This document shows, piece by piece, positions 28,361-41,358 of a stretch of DNA of 64,000 nucleotides. Position numbers and translations under genes: made by a program. The notes beneath the pieces are model-generated. The model was not told the DNA's origin. It saw only the letters and a list, made by a program, of their open reading frames with translations, and made no database searches. Positions within the stretch are counted from its first letter, which is position 1. Each line of letters starts with the position of its first letter. Location of the stretch: the NCBI RefSeq assembly GCF_006345805.1, contig NC_043007.1:33480001-33544000 (forward strand). The letters are read 5' to 3'. Source of the DNA: Octopus sinensis. Lineage: Eukaryota.

Positions 28361-28408
<48 letters not shown>

Positions 28409-28421
28409 CAAAATAAATATG

Positions 28422-28453
<32 letters not shown>

Positions 28454-28517
28454 CAATATAATAATAATAAATAATAATATAATATAATCATGATAATAAT
28501 AATAATAATGATAATAA

Positions 28518-28548
<31 letters not shown>

Positions 28549-28681
28549 AACAACAACAACAATGATAATAATAATAATGATAATAATAATAGCAATAATA
28601 ATTTTAAAAATTTATAGAAAATAAAACATAAATATAAGTGTTGCTGCAAGTGGTATAAAAATGAGGAAATGGTAGATGGTG

Positions 28682-28728
<47 letters not shown>

Positions 28729-29040
28729 AAATGTGTATTAAATTTTTGTTTTTTTTAGAATTCAAGTATTTTTTATTTTATTTTCAGCATCATTGTATTT
28801 GCACTTTACAATAAAATTATTGATTTGTCGTTGATTTGTGTCGGTTGCTGCCATGGGAAAAAAAGATGGCTGGCTTATAATGATATGAAAAAATGGTCTA
28901 CTTTGTGACACTGTGACATCTAGTTTGTCGTAGACATCATAAGGGTGCACACATGTTGTAGGGGTGCAACACTGTGACATCTGTTTTGTTACAAATATCA
29001 TAAGAGATGTAAAAGATATAAAGAGATATAATGGTTGATA

Positions 29041-29434
29041 CTCTTTACTTGTTTCAGTCAGTTGACTGCGGCCATGCTGGAGCACCGCCTTTAGTCGAGC
29101 ACATTGACCCCGGGACTTATTCTTTGTAAGCCCAGTACTTATTCTATCGGTCTCTTTTGCCGAACCGCTAAGTAACGGGGACATAAACACACCAGCATCG
29201 GTTGTCAAGCAATGCTAGGGGGACAAACACAGACACACAAACATACACGCACACATATATATACATATTTACAACGAGCTTCTTTCAGTTTCCGTCTACC
29301 AAATCCACTCACAAGGCTTTGGTCGGCCCAAGGCTATAGTAGAAGACACTTGCCCAAGGTGCCACGCAGTGGGACTGAACCCGGAACCATGTGGTTGGTA
29401 AGCAAGCTACTTACCGCACAGCCACTCCTGCGCC
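29041..29434 (-). mobile_element. SINE family A, near intact
   Basis: Close match to the reverse complement of 58817-59226. Confidence 0.9.
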
Positions 29435-29826
29435 TGATGTAAGTATTGTAACAAGAAAAATCGCCAACTTTGTGACACCGTGACATTTGTTTTGCTACAA
29501 ACATTATTGGGATGTAACACATTGATTTCAAATTCTGACAAAAGGCCAGCAATTTCAGGAGAAGGACTAAGTTGAACTGGTAATTATTCTGTTGATCCCA
29601 AAAGGATGAAATGCTAAGTCAACCTCGGCAGAATTTGAACAGATCCATGCAGGCATGGCTGTGTCATAAGAAGTTTGCTTCTTAACCACATGGTTCCAGG
29701 TTCAGTCCCATTGAGTGGCACCTTGGACAAGTGTCTTCTACTGTAGCCTTGGGCCAATCAAAGCCTTGTGAGTTGATTTGGTAGATGGAAACTGAAAGAA
29801 GCCTGTTGTATACACACACACACATG

Positions 29827-29881
<55 letters not shown>

Positions 29882-30399
29882 CAGAGAGAGGCAGAGAGAG
29901 ACAGAGAGAGAGAGATACATATATATATATATATATAAAAGATGGAGGTGGAAATAGCACAGAAGTAAGTCATTTTCTACTTCCATCTTTATCTTTTATA
30001 TATGAAAATTTAATTTGTATACATCTCTAATCTTTTTCAACTATATATATATATGTATACATAACATACATACATACATACATACATATATTATAATATA
30101 TATATAATATATATATATATATATTATGTGAAATAGAAAGATGAAATAATCTTGTTGTAGATTACTCAAAAGTTAACCGATACCTTAGTAGCAAAAATCA
30201 CAGCAGTAACGCACGGTTGGAGGTACCACCCATCTGGCGTTGCAACGTGCGTTGGTGCGGATAATTGAAATTAAAACAATATGGTCCCACTTATTCAATC
30301 GGATTTTGGAAATTTGTGCCTTTCGAAAACGTGTAGAATGAAAGAATAAAACGATTTCTGTTCAATCTGCGTTCAGCTCCATTTCTTCAATTCACCAAT

Positions 30400-30435
<36 letters not shown>

Positions 30436-30439
<4 letters not shown>

Positions 30440-31080
30440 TATCTAAAGGTCACAGTACATTTATTAAAGTGCTACTAATAGTTTCTTATGTTAAGAAAAG
30501 TCAAACATATTCTTCAGGTGCAAACTAAATATCGTAACAAACTAAATAAAGGCAGCATATATTGAAAACACAGACAGTAAACAACAGAAAAATGGGAAAA
30601 GGAAACACTGCATGTGATTAAATGGAAAGTAATTGAAAAATCTATACCTTATGCAAATAAATCAAATAAATGTAGAATGTCTTTGGTTGAAAGAGCACAG
30701 ATCCTGTTCAGATCTAAGATCCCTAACTCTCTGTTGAACTCCAGGTCAGAAATGTTCAGTGTTGCATACATATGTATAAATATATTTTGAAGAAATTCGT
30801 GACTGAATTGATATCTTTCCAGCCTTATCATTTAGGGTTTAAGGAGGATAGCTTTTTTTATCTTTTTATTTTTTATTTTTTTAAATTTTAGTTTCTGTTT
30901 TTTGTTTTCCGTTTTCTGTTGTTTACTGTCTGTGTTTTTGACATGCTACCTTCTCAGACTTTTCGCGTCTCTTCTATTTTCTTTAGTTCATTGTGATATG
31001 TGATTTGTGCCTGAAGAATATGTTTGGGTTTTCTCAACATATGAAACTATTAGTATCGCTTCAATACATGTTACATGCTG
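30436..31080 (+). mobile_element. PLE remnant: inverted pLTR + GIY-YIG C-terminus + pLTR with hammerhead
   Basis: 30610-30805 reads IKWKVIEKSIPYANKSNKCRMSLVERAQILF..LLNSRSEMFS/CIHMYKYIL; 30460-30600 is an inverted copy of 30905-31075. Confidence 0.8.
31007..31056 (+). ncRNA. Hammerhead-like motif (inverted twin at ~30470-30522)
   Basis: GTGC-CTGAAGA-ATATGTT(TGGGTTTTCTC)AACATAT-GAAAC-TATTA-GTAT. Confidence 0.6.
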
Positions 31081-31794
31081 GTATGTGTTGGAGAAATGCA
31101 TCTATATGAATGTGTCTGAGTGTTCATTTCCCTTTGCCTCAATGTTGCACCCAAGTCGTAGACAAACATCACCATCTTACATGCAGTGTCACATTTTTAT
31201 GATCCTCTGTGGAGACAAGTCTGGCCATTCTGGGGGGGGGGGTGCTTTTTTGTGTTCGAAATAGGTGAACAATGGTAACAAGAAGAACACCCAGATGTAA
31301 AGCATCTGCTTCAAGAAACTTTATCTGCTCCATGCTCTTTTGGAAAAGTGGACACTAAACATGATGATGATGGTATTTTATACCATTTATTTTTTATTCA
31401 TTTCAGTCAGCAGACAGTGGCTGTGCTGGGGTACTATCTTGAAGAATTTTTGTCAAACAGATTGACCCCCCAGTACTTATTGATAACTTTTGAAGTCTGA
31501 TAATTATTTTATCAGTCCCTTTGTCAAACAACTAAGTTACACGAACATAAATGCACCAACACCTGTTGTCAGCTGATGGAGGAAAACACATATACAAACA
31601 CATACACACACACTACATACACACATGCACAGACACATATACGATAGGCTTTGTTTAGTTTCCATTTGCCATATGCACTCACAAGGCATTGGTTGGCCCA
31701 AAGCCATAATAGAAGTAACCTGCCCAGGGTGCGATGCAATGGGACTGAACCCAGAACCATGTGGTTGGGAAGAAAACTTATTACCACATGGCCA

Positions 31795-32142
31795 TGCCTC
31801 CTTATGAGAGCTCAAAATCTCTCGTGGAAGCGCCATCCAACCAAAATGCAAATATATGGGAAACTACCACCTGTGTCATCTCTTGTGAAAGGTAGGAGAG
31901 TCCAGTTTGCTGGACATTGTTGTAGAGCTGAAAAAGAAGTAATTTCTACTCTTCTCCTCTGGAAGCCATCTACTCACAATACCAGAGGGCACACACTCTC
32001 TTACCCTGATGTAATCTCCAGGGATACAGGTATCCAGCAACAGGACCTCCGTAATGCCATGATGGACCGTGAAGTCTGGCGTAGCATGGTAAATTCCATT
32101 GTCTCGACCACGGTCGAACAATGATGATGATGACATATGATA

Positions 32143-32170
<28 letters not shown>
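31795..32170 (+). mobile_element. 3' fragment of a second RTE-clade LINE
   Basis: LMRAQNLSWKRHPT..IYGKLP..RRVQFAGHCCR..LLLWKP..MMDREVWR, stop at 32124, then (TGA)n. Confidence 0.8.
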
Positions 32171-32173
<3 letters not shown>

Positions 32174-33046
32174 GTAAAATATTTTATGTTGTGATGACAA
32201 TAGTGGAAGAAAAAAATATGTGGCACATATCATGCTGTATGTTCTACATGAAAACAGGAGCTAGCCATCAAAACTGTGCCTGGCAGCCTACAGGAAGAGA
32301 TGTACCACAATGCTCAATACGCAATAATAGTGGGGGGAAGAGGAACAAAAATAAAAAAACAAAAAAAACATTCGCATTCTCTGGAGAAATGCTGTAGATT
32401 ATATTACACTAGTATTGAAGTGCAAGAAATCTAAGAATGAATGTTCTTTGAATCAATAACAAGCACATTTCTTCTAGCAAATGATGTCAAAGTAGGAAAT
32501 ATTTCTTAGTTCTATTTCCCTTACAGAACCAACTAGGATTTTGTTATTGTTGTTGTTGTTGTTGCTGTCATTGTTTTGTTTTTTTTTTGTTTTTTTTTTT
32601 TTTATTTTGTTGGTTGTGTTTTTTTTTTTGGGTTTTCTTCATGCAAACTCAAAGCGGAAGCACTGGTTGCAGAGGGTTACTTAATGGATATTAAAAAAAA
32701 ACTGAGTTAGGGGAATGGGGGTGGGTTGGTGGCGGACAGTTAGTTGGGTGTGGGTGGAAAACAAATGTGGTTAAGGTGGCTTAAAAAGTGAGCCGAGCCG
32801 AAAAAAAAGGGAAAGAAGTACATTGTTAATTGTAAACATGTCTTGCAATGGCGTCTCAGAACTGAGGATAATAATAATGATAATACTCACATGCACACAC
32901 ATAGGAATATATACATGTATATATATGTATGTATGAATGTATGTATGTATGTATGTATGTATTTATGTATGTATGTATGTATGTATGAATGTCGGTATGT
33001 ATGTATGTATGTATGTATGTATGTATGTATATATATGTATATATAA

Positions 33047-33083
<37 letters not shown>

Positions 33084-33349
33084 CATACATATATATATAT
33101 ATATAGATATATAGATATATAGATATATATTATCATTATCATCATGATCAGCATTTAACATCAGTTTTCCATGCTGGCATGAGTGGGATGGCTTGACAGC
33201 AACTGTATATATATATATGACGAGGGCCACAATAACAATAAGACACCCCTACCACCTCCAGTGATGCCAGCACCAGCAGTCCCAGCTCCAACAGCAATGA
33301 TGTCGGTGGCAGCAACAACAACAGCACCAGTAGCTACAGCACTGACAAC

Positions 33350-33660
33350 ACATACCCATGGAGATACACTGAATGTTCTGGAACTCTTTCAAGCAAAGTC
33401 TCTCTAACCACAGGTTGGAGATACATAATGTCACTGGCCAGCCATGTCTGGCAACTAAGAAACAATGGGATTCCATACTCGACCACATGGAAAATACTTG
33501 AGAACCCATGCCCCTACATCAACAGGATGAAGCATTGCAAGTTATGCATAACTGAACATGGGGGAATCCTAAAGAACTCACTTGAACCAGGGAACATCCT
33601 GACTCCAGAAAGAGGCTTTGGGGGCAATGTTTACATTTCGGGAGGTTTCTGCTAGCTTTT
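33350..33660 (+). pseudogene. Decayed PLE GIY-YIG C-terminal region
   Basis: SLASHVWQLRNNGIPYSTTWKILENPCPYINRMKHCKLCITE; same pattern as the fragments at 30610 and 55635. Confidence 0.75.
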
Positions 33661-34467
33661 TGGAGGCCACAAGATGGTGGTACAGCTGGAAGCCAATAGC
33701 CAATAGCAATGGGCGATAATCCTTTATTGTTACCTTTGAGCAGTGAGGCATTTCCTTCTCCTTATTTTTAAGCGGTCTTCTACCAACAAGTCTTTGGGAT
33801 CTGACGATACACCATTAAGCTAAACCCTTTATGGACAGGAAACCTAAGATAATCCCATAAACCAGCCTTACCCATTTTCAATATGTACATACATACATAC
33901 ATACATACATACATACATACATACATACATACACATATATATATCCCTCTCTCTCTTTCGGAGAGGCATAAGCACCTACACGCACATATACACACATGGC
34001 AGTAACTTCCGCCTACCGAATTCAATCACAAAGCTTCGGTCGGCTCGGGGCTATAGTAGAAAACGCCTGTCCAACCTAATCGTGCTCAATCAAGCCCTAA
34101 CTTTTAGCATGAAAAATTCTGACACATCAATACTTTTCTCGTTGGATTAAGTGTTCACTTCTCTTCCAGTCTTCTGCAATTTTATTTTTGGATCTTCTAT
34201 ATATATGCAGAATTTTCCTACATGTGGCTGTTTTTCACTCTACAAAACGAAAAGTTGCATTATGGAACAGTCATTTTAATGAGATTTTTTATTTATTTAT
34301 CACCCAACAAGATACTTCTGCACCACTGGATATTCCTGAACCAGATTTTGTGTGTCCCACAAGAGGAGTCGATGCTAGATGTGCCGAAACAATTGTTGTG
34401 ATTAATAATATATTCTCATATATTCCATCTTCTGTCTTTCATTTATATATATATATATGTATATATA

Positions 34468-35235
34468 TCATCACAATCAAGGAAACGGGCATAATAGCCA
34501 TTCACCCACTAGAAATAAACAGCAAAGCTTCAACCGCAAAATAACATCAATTCCGTAAACCAGGAGATGTTATTTTGCGGTTGAAGCTTTTGGCTGTTAT
34601 TTCTAGTGGGTGAATGGCCTATTATGGCCGTTCCTTGATTGTGATGTTGAACTTAAAAATGGTCTATGACTATTAATTTTTTCCCACTAGGCGCGCTGGT
34701 GGCAAAAAAATTCTACAAAATTTTTTTGCCACCCTATATTGATTAATTATGAATTTTTGGTTAATTCCGTAATGGCAATCGCGGCTTATATTTATTTGTT
34801 GCCGATAAACTTGGCGCGAGTGCGATGATTTGAAAATTTTAGGTCAGATATTGCCGAGGCAGGGACGGGAATGCCTCGTGAAAAATATCTGTTCCGACTT
34901 GGCTATTTCTTACTGATGAATCTAAGGCCTATGGTAGATTGGCTTGATTTAATTAATCAGGTTAGTTTACCATTAAACAGTAGATGAAACGGTGGCATCG
35001 TATAAGAAATTACAGGGTAAATGTTTTTTTAATTTTCTCCTGGTTTACGGAATTGATGTTATTTTGCGGTTTAAGCTTTTGGCTGTTTTATCTAGTGGGT
35101 GAATGGCCTATTTTTGGCGTTCCTTGATTGTGATGTTGAACTTAAAAATGGTCTATGACTATTTAATTTTTTCCCACTAGGCTGCTGGTGGCAAAAAAAT
35201 TCTACCAAATTTTTTTGCCCCCTATATTGATTAAA
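34468..35235 (+). mobile_element. Non-coding PLE-derived / retrozyme-like element: inverted fragment + partial tandem (~490-nt period)
   Basis: 34468-34566 is the reverse complement of ~35036-35134; 34566-34746 is a direct repeat of ~35055-35234; both ends abut (TA)n. Confidence 0.8.
34905..35010 (+). ncRNA. Type I hammerhead ribozyme with intact core
   Basis: Stem I ATTTCTTA/TAAGAAAT; CTGATGA 34913-34919; stem II ATCTA/TAGAT plus 19-bp extension; GAAA 34986; stem III ACGGT(GGC)ATCGT; GUA triplet, predicted cut after 35002. Confidence 0.85.
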
Positions 35236-35251
35236 TATATATATACTATAG

Positions 35252-35282
<31 letters not shown>

Positions 35283-36143
35283 CACAAACACACATGCACA
35301 TGTATAAATATATTTATATATACAAATAAATGCATGCATACATATATACACATGCACACACACACACAGATGATGATGACAGTGATGAAGATGATGACAA
35401 TGATGTTTGTTGCAACGTTGTCAGTTGTAGCTAATGAATTGATGATAAACAGTTTGGTGATATACATAATACATTCCCATCATGACCATCACTACACACA
35501 CACAAACACACACACACACACACACCACACACACACACACACAGAGTACACATATGTTGGTCAGACATGCTTGTCATGAATTATATATTCCCTGTGCCAA
35601 GTAGGCTAACTCTAAGAGTGAAATTATTTGCTGTGATTGATGTGTGATGTGTGATGTGGCGGCGTGGGTGGATGTTTTTGTTGATGTGATGTATTGTAGC
35701 AATGGATAAAGAGCTCTTGATAGCCTCCTTTAATATATATATATGTATGTATGTATATACACACTTGTGTGTATATGTATCTGTGTGTGTGTGTACACAC
35801 ATTCACATACATATATGTAATATGGTACATGCATACATGTACACATGCATATACAGATACATATATACATATACACAAATAGACATATATATATGTGTAT
35901 GTGTGTGTGTGTGTGCTTGTGTAATGTATCCATACATATATATATATATATACATGTGTGTGTGTGTATGTGTGTGCATGTGTATGTATGCAAACTTGCA
36001 GACACACACATGCATATATATATGGTGTGTGTGTGTGTGTGTATGTGTGTGCATGTGTATGTATGCAAACTAGCAGACACACACATGCATATATATATAT
36101 ATGTTGTATGTGTGTGTGTGTATGTGCGTGTGTGTGTGTGTGT

Positions 36144-36184
<41 letters not shown>

Positions 36185-36347
36185 CGTTGTGCGTGTGTGT
36201 ACAGAAATATTAACAATTGCACCTGCAGGATTTCATTCTATTTCTGTCTATGTCATCTCTGTTCGTCTCTTTTTTCTTCCTTTTATTACAGTTACTTAGT
36301 GAAACACATTGTCTCTCTCTCTTTCTCTCTCACACCCTTTCTCCCTT

Positions 36348-36378
<31 letters not shown>

Positions 36379-36726
36379 CTCACTTTCACTGTTCATCTTT
36401 GAGCTTCCTATAATAAACAACACGATTCAAATGAAAAATCATGCGTACGCATAGGCATGCTTATACATACACTTAATGATGTACTACTCAGATGGAATAA
36501 TAAATGGACAAAGCACTACAAAATTGATATATATATTCCTTAATACTGATATTCTTGGATATGTCATTAAAAAATTATAAGCTAGATAACCAAAACAGCA
36601 TTGGTTACATATTAATATAAGTCAATACTCTGTGGTATTTCATCTGTCTTTATGTTCCGAGTTCAAATTCCGCCCAGGTCGACTTTGCCTTTCATTTCTT
36701 CAGGGAGGTCGAATAAAATAAGTACC

Positions 36727-36955
36727 TATTTCTTTACTACCCACAAGGGGCTAAACACAGAGGAGACAAACAAGGACAGACGGATTAAGTCGATTACATC
36801 GACTCCAGTGCGTAACTGGTACTTAATTTATTGACCCCGAAAGGATGAAAGGTAAAGTCGACCTCGGCGGAATTTGAACCCAGAACGTAGCGGCAGACGA
36901 AATGCCGCTAAGCATTTCGCCTGGTGTGCTAAATTTTCTGCCAGCTCGCTGCCTT
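36727..36955 (-). mobile_element. SINE family B nested in an opposite-strand family B copy, 16-bp TSD
   Basis: GAATAAAATAAGTACC at 36711-36726 and 36956-36971. Confidence 0.85.
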
Positions 36956-37049
36956 GAATAAAATAAGTACCAGGCAAGCACTAGGGTTGATTTAATCAAC
37001 TTGCTCCCTCCTCCATAACTGCTGGCCTTGTGCTAAAATTTGAAACCAA

Positions 37050-37096
<47 letters not shown>

Positions 37097-37139
37097 GCAT
37101 CATCATCATCGTTATCATCATCATCATCATGAATATATA

Positions 37140-37630
37140 AGGCAGCAAGCTGGCTGGCAGAGTCATTACCATGTTGGGTAAAATGCTTAGTGGCATTTCA
37201 TACTGCCTTATGTTCAGAGTTCAAATTCTGCCGAGGTCAACTTTGCCTTTCATCCTTTCAGGGTCGATAAATTAAGTACCAGTGAAACACTAGGGTCGAT
37301 GTTATAGACTAGCTCTTTCCCAAAATTTCAAGCCTTGTGCCTATAGTAGAAAGGATTATTATTATTATTATTATTATTATCATCATCACCGTCATCATCA
37401 TGTATATATAAGGCAGCAAGCTGGCTGGCAGAACCATTAGCATGCCAGACAAAATGCTTAGTGACATTTTGTACTGCCTTATGTTCGGAGTTCAAACTCT
37501 GCTGAGGTTGACTTTGCCTTTCATCTTTTTGGAGTTGATGAAATAAGTACCAGTTGAACACTGGGATTGATGTAATCAATTTATCCTCTCCCTCGAATTT
37601 TCTGACCTTGTGCTAAAATTTGAAACCACT
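37140..37630 (+). mobile_element. Two tandem family B SINEs
   Basis: TATATAAGGCAGCAAGCTGGCTGGCAGA heads at ~37134 and ~37405. Confidence 0.8.
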
Positions 37631-37669
37631 ATTATCAACAGTATATTGATATATATTGATGATAATAAT

Positions 37670-38055
37670 AACAAGAGCACTCAGAGAGTGCAAACCTCTG
37701 CCAAAGCAACACCAATATCCTCTCAATGATTAGCCGGAGAGGGTTTTTAAAATGAGAATATCTGAAATATACTTGAGTGCTCTCACAAACGAGAATACTA
37801 AAAACGAACCCAACTGCTCTCAAAATTTAAGGAAAAAAAAAAAAACGAAAAATAATCCAAAATCCTTGTCCAGTACCAGATCAATCCCAAAATCTAATCA
37901 TTTTGTGCCAGTCATTGGGTCAAACGTCCCTGAAAGTTTCATCCGAATCCATTCAGCGATTCTTGAGATATCTTGTCCATGGACAAACAAACAAACAAAC
38001 AAACAAACACAACTGAAAACAATACCTCCGCCTTCCCTAAGGTGGAGGCAGTAAG
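37670..38055 (-). mobile_element. Non-autonomous Helentron (HINE/DINE-like)
   Basis: 5' TTACTGCCTCCACCTTAGGGAAGGCGGAGGTATTGTTTTC, (GTTT)n, and 3' sub-TIR TTGGCAGAGGT + GCACTC(TCT)GAGTGC hairpin + TT. Confidence 0.75.
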
Positions 38056-38369
38056 TGTTTAGCCTTTCTATGAAATTAAGTCCCACTGGGAGTTCCTTTA
38101 GCAGCTTGGAATGACATTTAAATTGAGTGGGTTTTTTTTATTGTTATCTAATAATTTATCATATTCTTTTTACCTCTGCTTCTCAAAATGTTAAGCATAA
38201 GTAGGAGAATGCTGCTCTCATTAAAAAGCAAACAAGCTCCTAGGTTCAACTTGCTTACATTATGATATCAGATGGCTGGGTATAAAATGATTGTTTATGA
38301 TTTAGCTGCTATTTTGAGCAAACCATGTGTTAGATGAACAAAAACAAATTTTGTCTGTTAAAGAACAAC

Positions 38370-38585
38370 ACTCTCTCTGCCTCTATCACTCTCTCTCTGT
38401 CTCTATCATTCTCTCTCTGTCACTATCATTCTCTCTCTGCCTCTATCATTCTCTCTCTGTCTCTATCATCCTATCTCTGTCACTATCATTCTCTCTCTGT
38501 CTCTATCATCCTCTCTCTGTCACTATCATTCTCTCTCTGTCTCTATCATTCTCTCTCTGTCTCTATCATTCTCTCTCTGTCACTA

Positions 38586-38620
<35 letters not shown>
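38370..38620. repeat. 20-bp minisatellite (CWCTATCATTCTCTCTCTGY) x~11
   Basis: Direct reading. Confidence 0.9.
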
Positions 38621-38623
<3 letters not shown>

Positions 38624-39187
38624 ACTGTGTGCATTTCTTTCATTCTGTTAGTCTTACTGTTTCATCTGCCAGTTGGAATGAAGGGAGAGTTCATTCATTA
38701 TTTCAACAAAGTAATTACTATTAGGGATGTTTTTTTGCTTTGGCTTAGCTAAGGAGACTGTTAAAGGTAAGTTTTTTTTTTGTTCACATATATGCATATC
38801 ACTGTGCAATCAATATTATAACAAGACACACGCACACACAAACATGCATATGCACACACATGCATATATACAAACACATATAGAGAAAAGATCTCAGGAA
38901 TAGAATATAAAGGAACGCTGACAAAAACAAAACAGGAATACATGATTTATAATATAAATTTGGCATTGCTTTCAACCTTTGACATATGACCAGCAGTTCT
39001 GAGGGTGGGGTTATGTAAATTATATTGACATCAGTATTCAACTGGTATTTATTTTATTGACCCCGAAAGGATTAAAAGCAAAATCAACTTCAGTGGGATT
39101 TGAACTCAGAATGTTAAGAAAGATGAAATGCCGTGAAGCATTTTGCCCAGCATGCTGACAATTCTGCGAGCTTGCCACCTTATTTAA

Positions 39188-39630
39188 CCCTTTAGTGTTC
39201 AGATTACTCTTTCAAATATAGTGCTTTTTCATTCACATTGTTTTGAATTAATCCTGCATTATCTTGTAGTTTTGAGAATTTGATGATGTGATTGTTTATT
39301 TTGAGGATGACATTGTAGGATATGAGTGAAAGGCCAGATCTAGATGGTTTGAACATAAAAGAAATAGAAAATTTGGGCCAGATATGGCCAGTTTAACCCT
39401 TTAGTATTTAAACCGGCCATATCCGGCCAAAATATTTAATCTGTTTTATGTTCAAACTGACCAGATCCAGGTTCTCACACCTACCCTACAATGCTATTCT
39501 ACATTAGGTAATTACACCATCAAAATCTTGAAGATATGAGATAATGCATGATTAATTCAAATCAATGTGAATCAATAAGCATTATGTTTGATAGAATAAT
39601 CAGAACACTAAAGGGTTAAATGCTAAAGGG
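39188..39630. mobile_element. piggyBac-type MITE with a nested copy of itself (39397-39615)
   Basis: TTAA|CCCTTTAG...CTAAAGGG|TTAA termini; inner TTAA TSDs at 39393 and 39616. Confidence 0.8.
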
Positions 39631-39929
39631 TTTAATTTGATATTGGAAAAAAGAAATATGAGGATTCCTATGTTTTGGAAAGAATTAATTAGAGCAGAGA
39701 AGAAAGGTAAAGGAAATATTCCATCAAATGATATTACAGTTATAGGCAATGCGATGTGCAATAAATGATGGACAGAAGAGAGTAGAGAAAGAATTAAGTT
39801 TCACAATCAAGAAGACAATGGGCAATTGAGTTCTTTGATAAAGTGAAATGGGGTTATGCAATCTTGAATGTTTTCACTGTAGCTCTGCAGTTAGTGGGTG
39901 CTTGTGCATGTGTGTGTATGTTTATGCAC

Positions 39930-40340
39930 TCTTACTCTTTTTACTCTTTTACTTGTTTCAGTCATTTGACTGTGGCCATGCTGGAGCACCGCTTTTAGTC
40001 GAGCAAATCGACCCCAGGACTTATTCTTTGTAAGTCTAGTACTTATTCTATCGGTCTCTTTTACTGAACTGCTAAGTTACGGGACATAAACACACCAGCA
40101 TTGGTTGTCAAGCGATGTTGAGGGAACAAACACAGACACACAAATACACACACATATATATATACATATACATATATACGACGAGCTTCTTTCAGTTTCC
40201 ATATACCAAATCCACTCAGTAGGCTTTGGTCAGCCTGAGGCTATAGTAAAAGACACTTGCCCAAGGTTCCACACAGTGGGACTGAACCCGGAACCATGTG
40301 GTTGGTAAGCAAGCTAGATACCACACAGCCACTCTTGTGC
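39930..40340 (-). mobile_element. SINE family A
   Basis: Full architecture with (ACTCTTTT)n tail. Confidence 0.88.
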
Positions 40341-40354
40341 TTGTGTGTATAAAA

Positions 40355-40600
40355 GTTACCTTCTCGAGTCATACTGACTCACAAGGAGTGGTTTCCCAGT
40401 TTGCATGGTGTATATATTCCCCACCTGGAGGGGACACCATTCTCTTGCAGGATTACTCATTATTGCCAGCTTAGTGGACTAGAGCAACGTGAAATGAAGT
40501 GCTTTACTCAAGAACACAATGCATCACCTAGTCCAGGAATTGAAACCACAATCTTATGATCATGAGTCCAATGTCCTAACCACTAAGCCATGTGCCTCCA
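40355..40600 (-). mobile_element. SINE family C
   Basis: Reverse-complement match to the head and central block of 18492-18650. Confidence 0.75.
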
Positions 40601-40962
40601 CTGTATGTATGTATATGCATATGCAGATAGGTGTGTGCACATGTATAAGGCAGTGAGGTGTGTATCCACATATGTGTTGTGACATATGTACGTGGTGCAT
40701 GTTGTTACACTGTGTGTGTGTGTGTATATATGTGTTGGTAGGTGTGTATGGGAAGGTGTACGTAAGGATGAACATGCATGTGTGTGTGGTATGTAGCAGT
40801 ATAGTGTCGGGGAGGAAATGAAGTAGCGTGCACATGTTGTGAATGGAAACATGGTGATATGCATCATGTTGATACTGTAAATGTAAGCACATGTGTGTGT
40901 GTATGTCTCTGAGTGTATGCATTTGTGTATGTGTGTACATTTATGTGTGTATGTGTGTATGT

Positions 40963-40993
<31 letters not shown>

Positions 40994-41322
40994 CACTAGT
41001 ACAATTGCATGCATTTCCTAAAAACAGGTGAAGAAATTGTAAGCCAATATATATATATATACATATATGCATACATACAAGCACATACAAGTGCAAGCAC
41101 ACACACACTCACACACACACACACACACACTTACACATACATACACAGACACACATTCATATGTACATTAGCCCCAAACCAAACAAGCTATTTCAAAAGT
41201 GTTTTAATATCTGTACATTAGCATTAAGTGAAGAGTAGCTGCACACTATATTGCATTAATAATGGATACGTATAAGCAAGGTGTGCAGCTAGGGAAACAC
41301 ACTCATATACATGCATTTACTC

Positions 41323-41358
<36 letters not shown>

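Noticed and set aside
34346-34400. CAC-AAGAGGA...CGAAACAATTGTT-GTG hammerhead-like string
   Set aside because: Two core substitutions and a poor stem II make it too degenerate to call.
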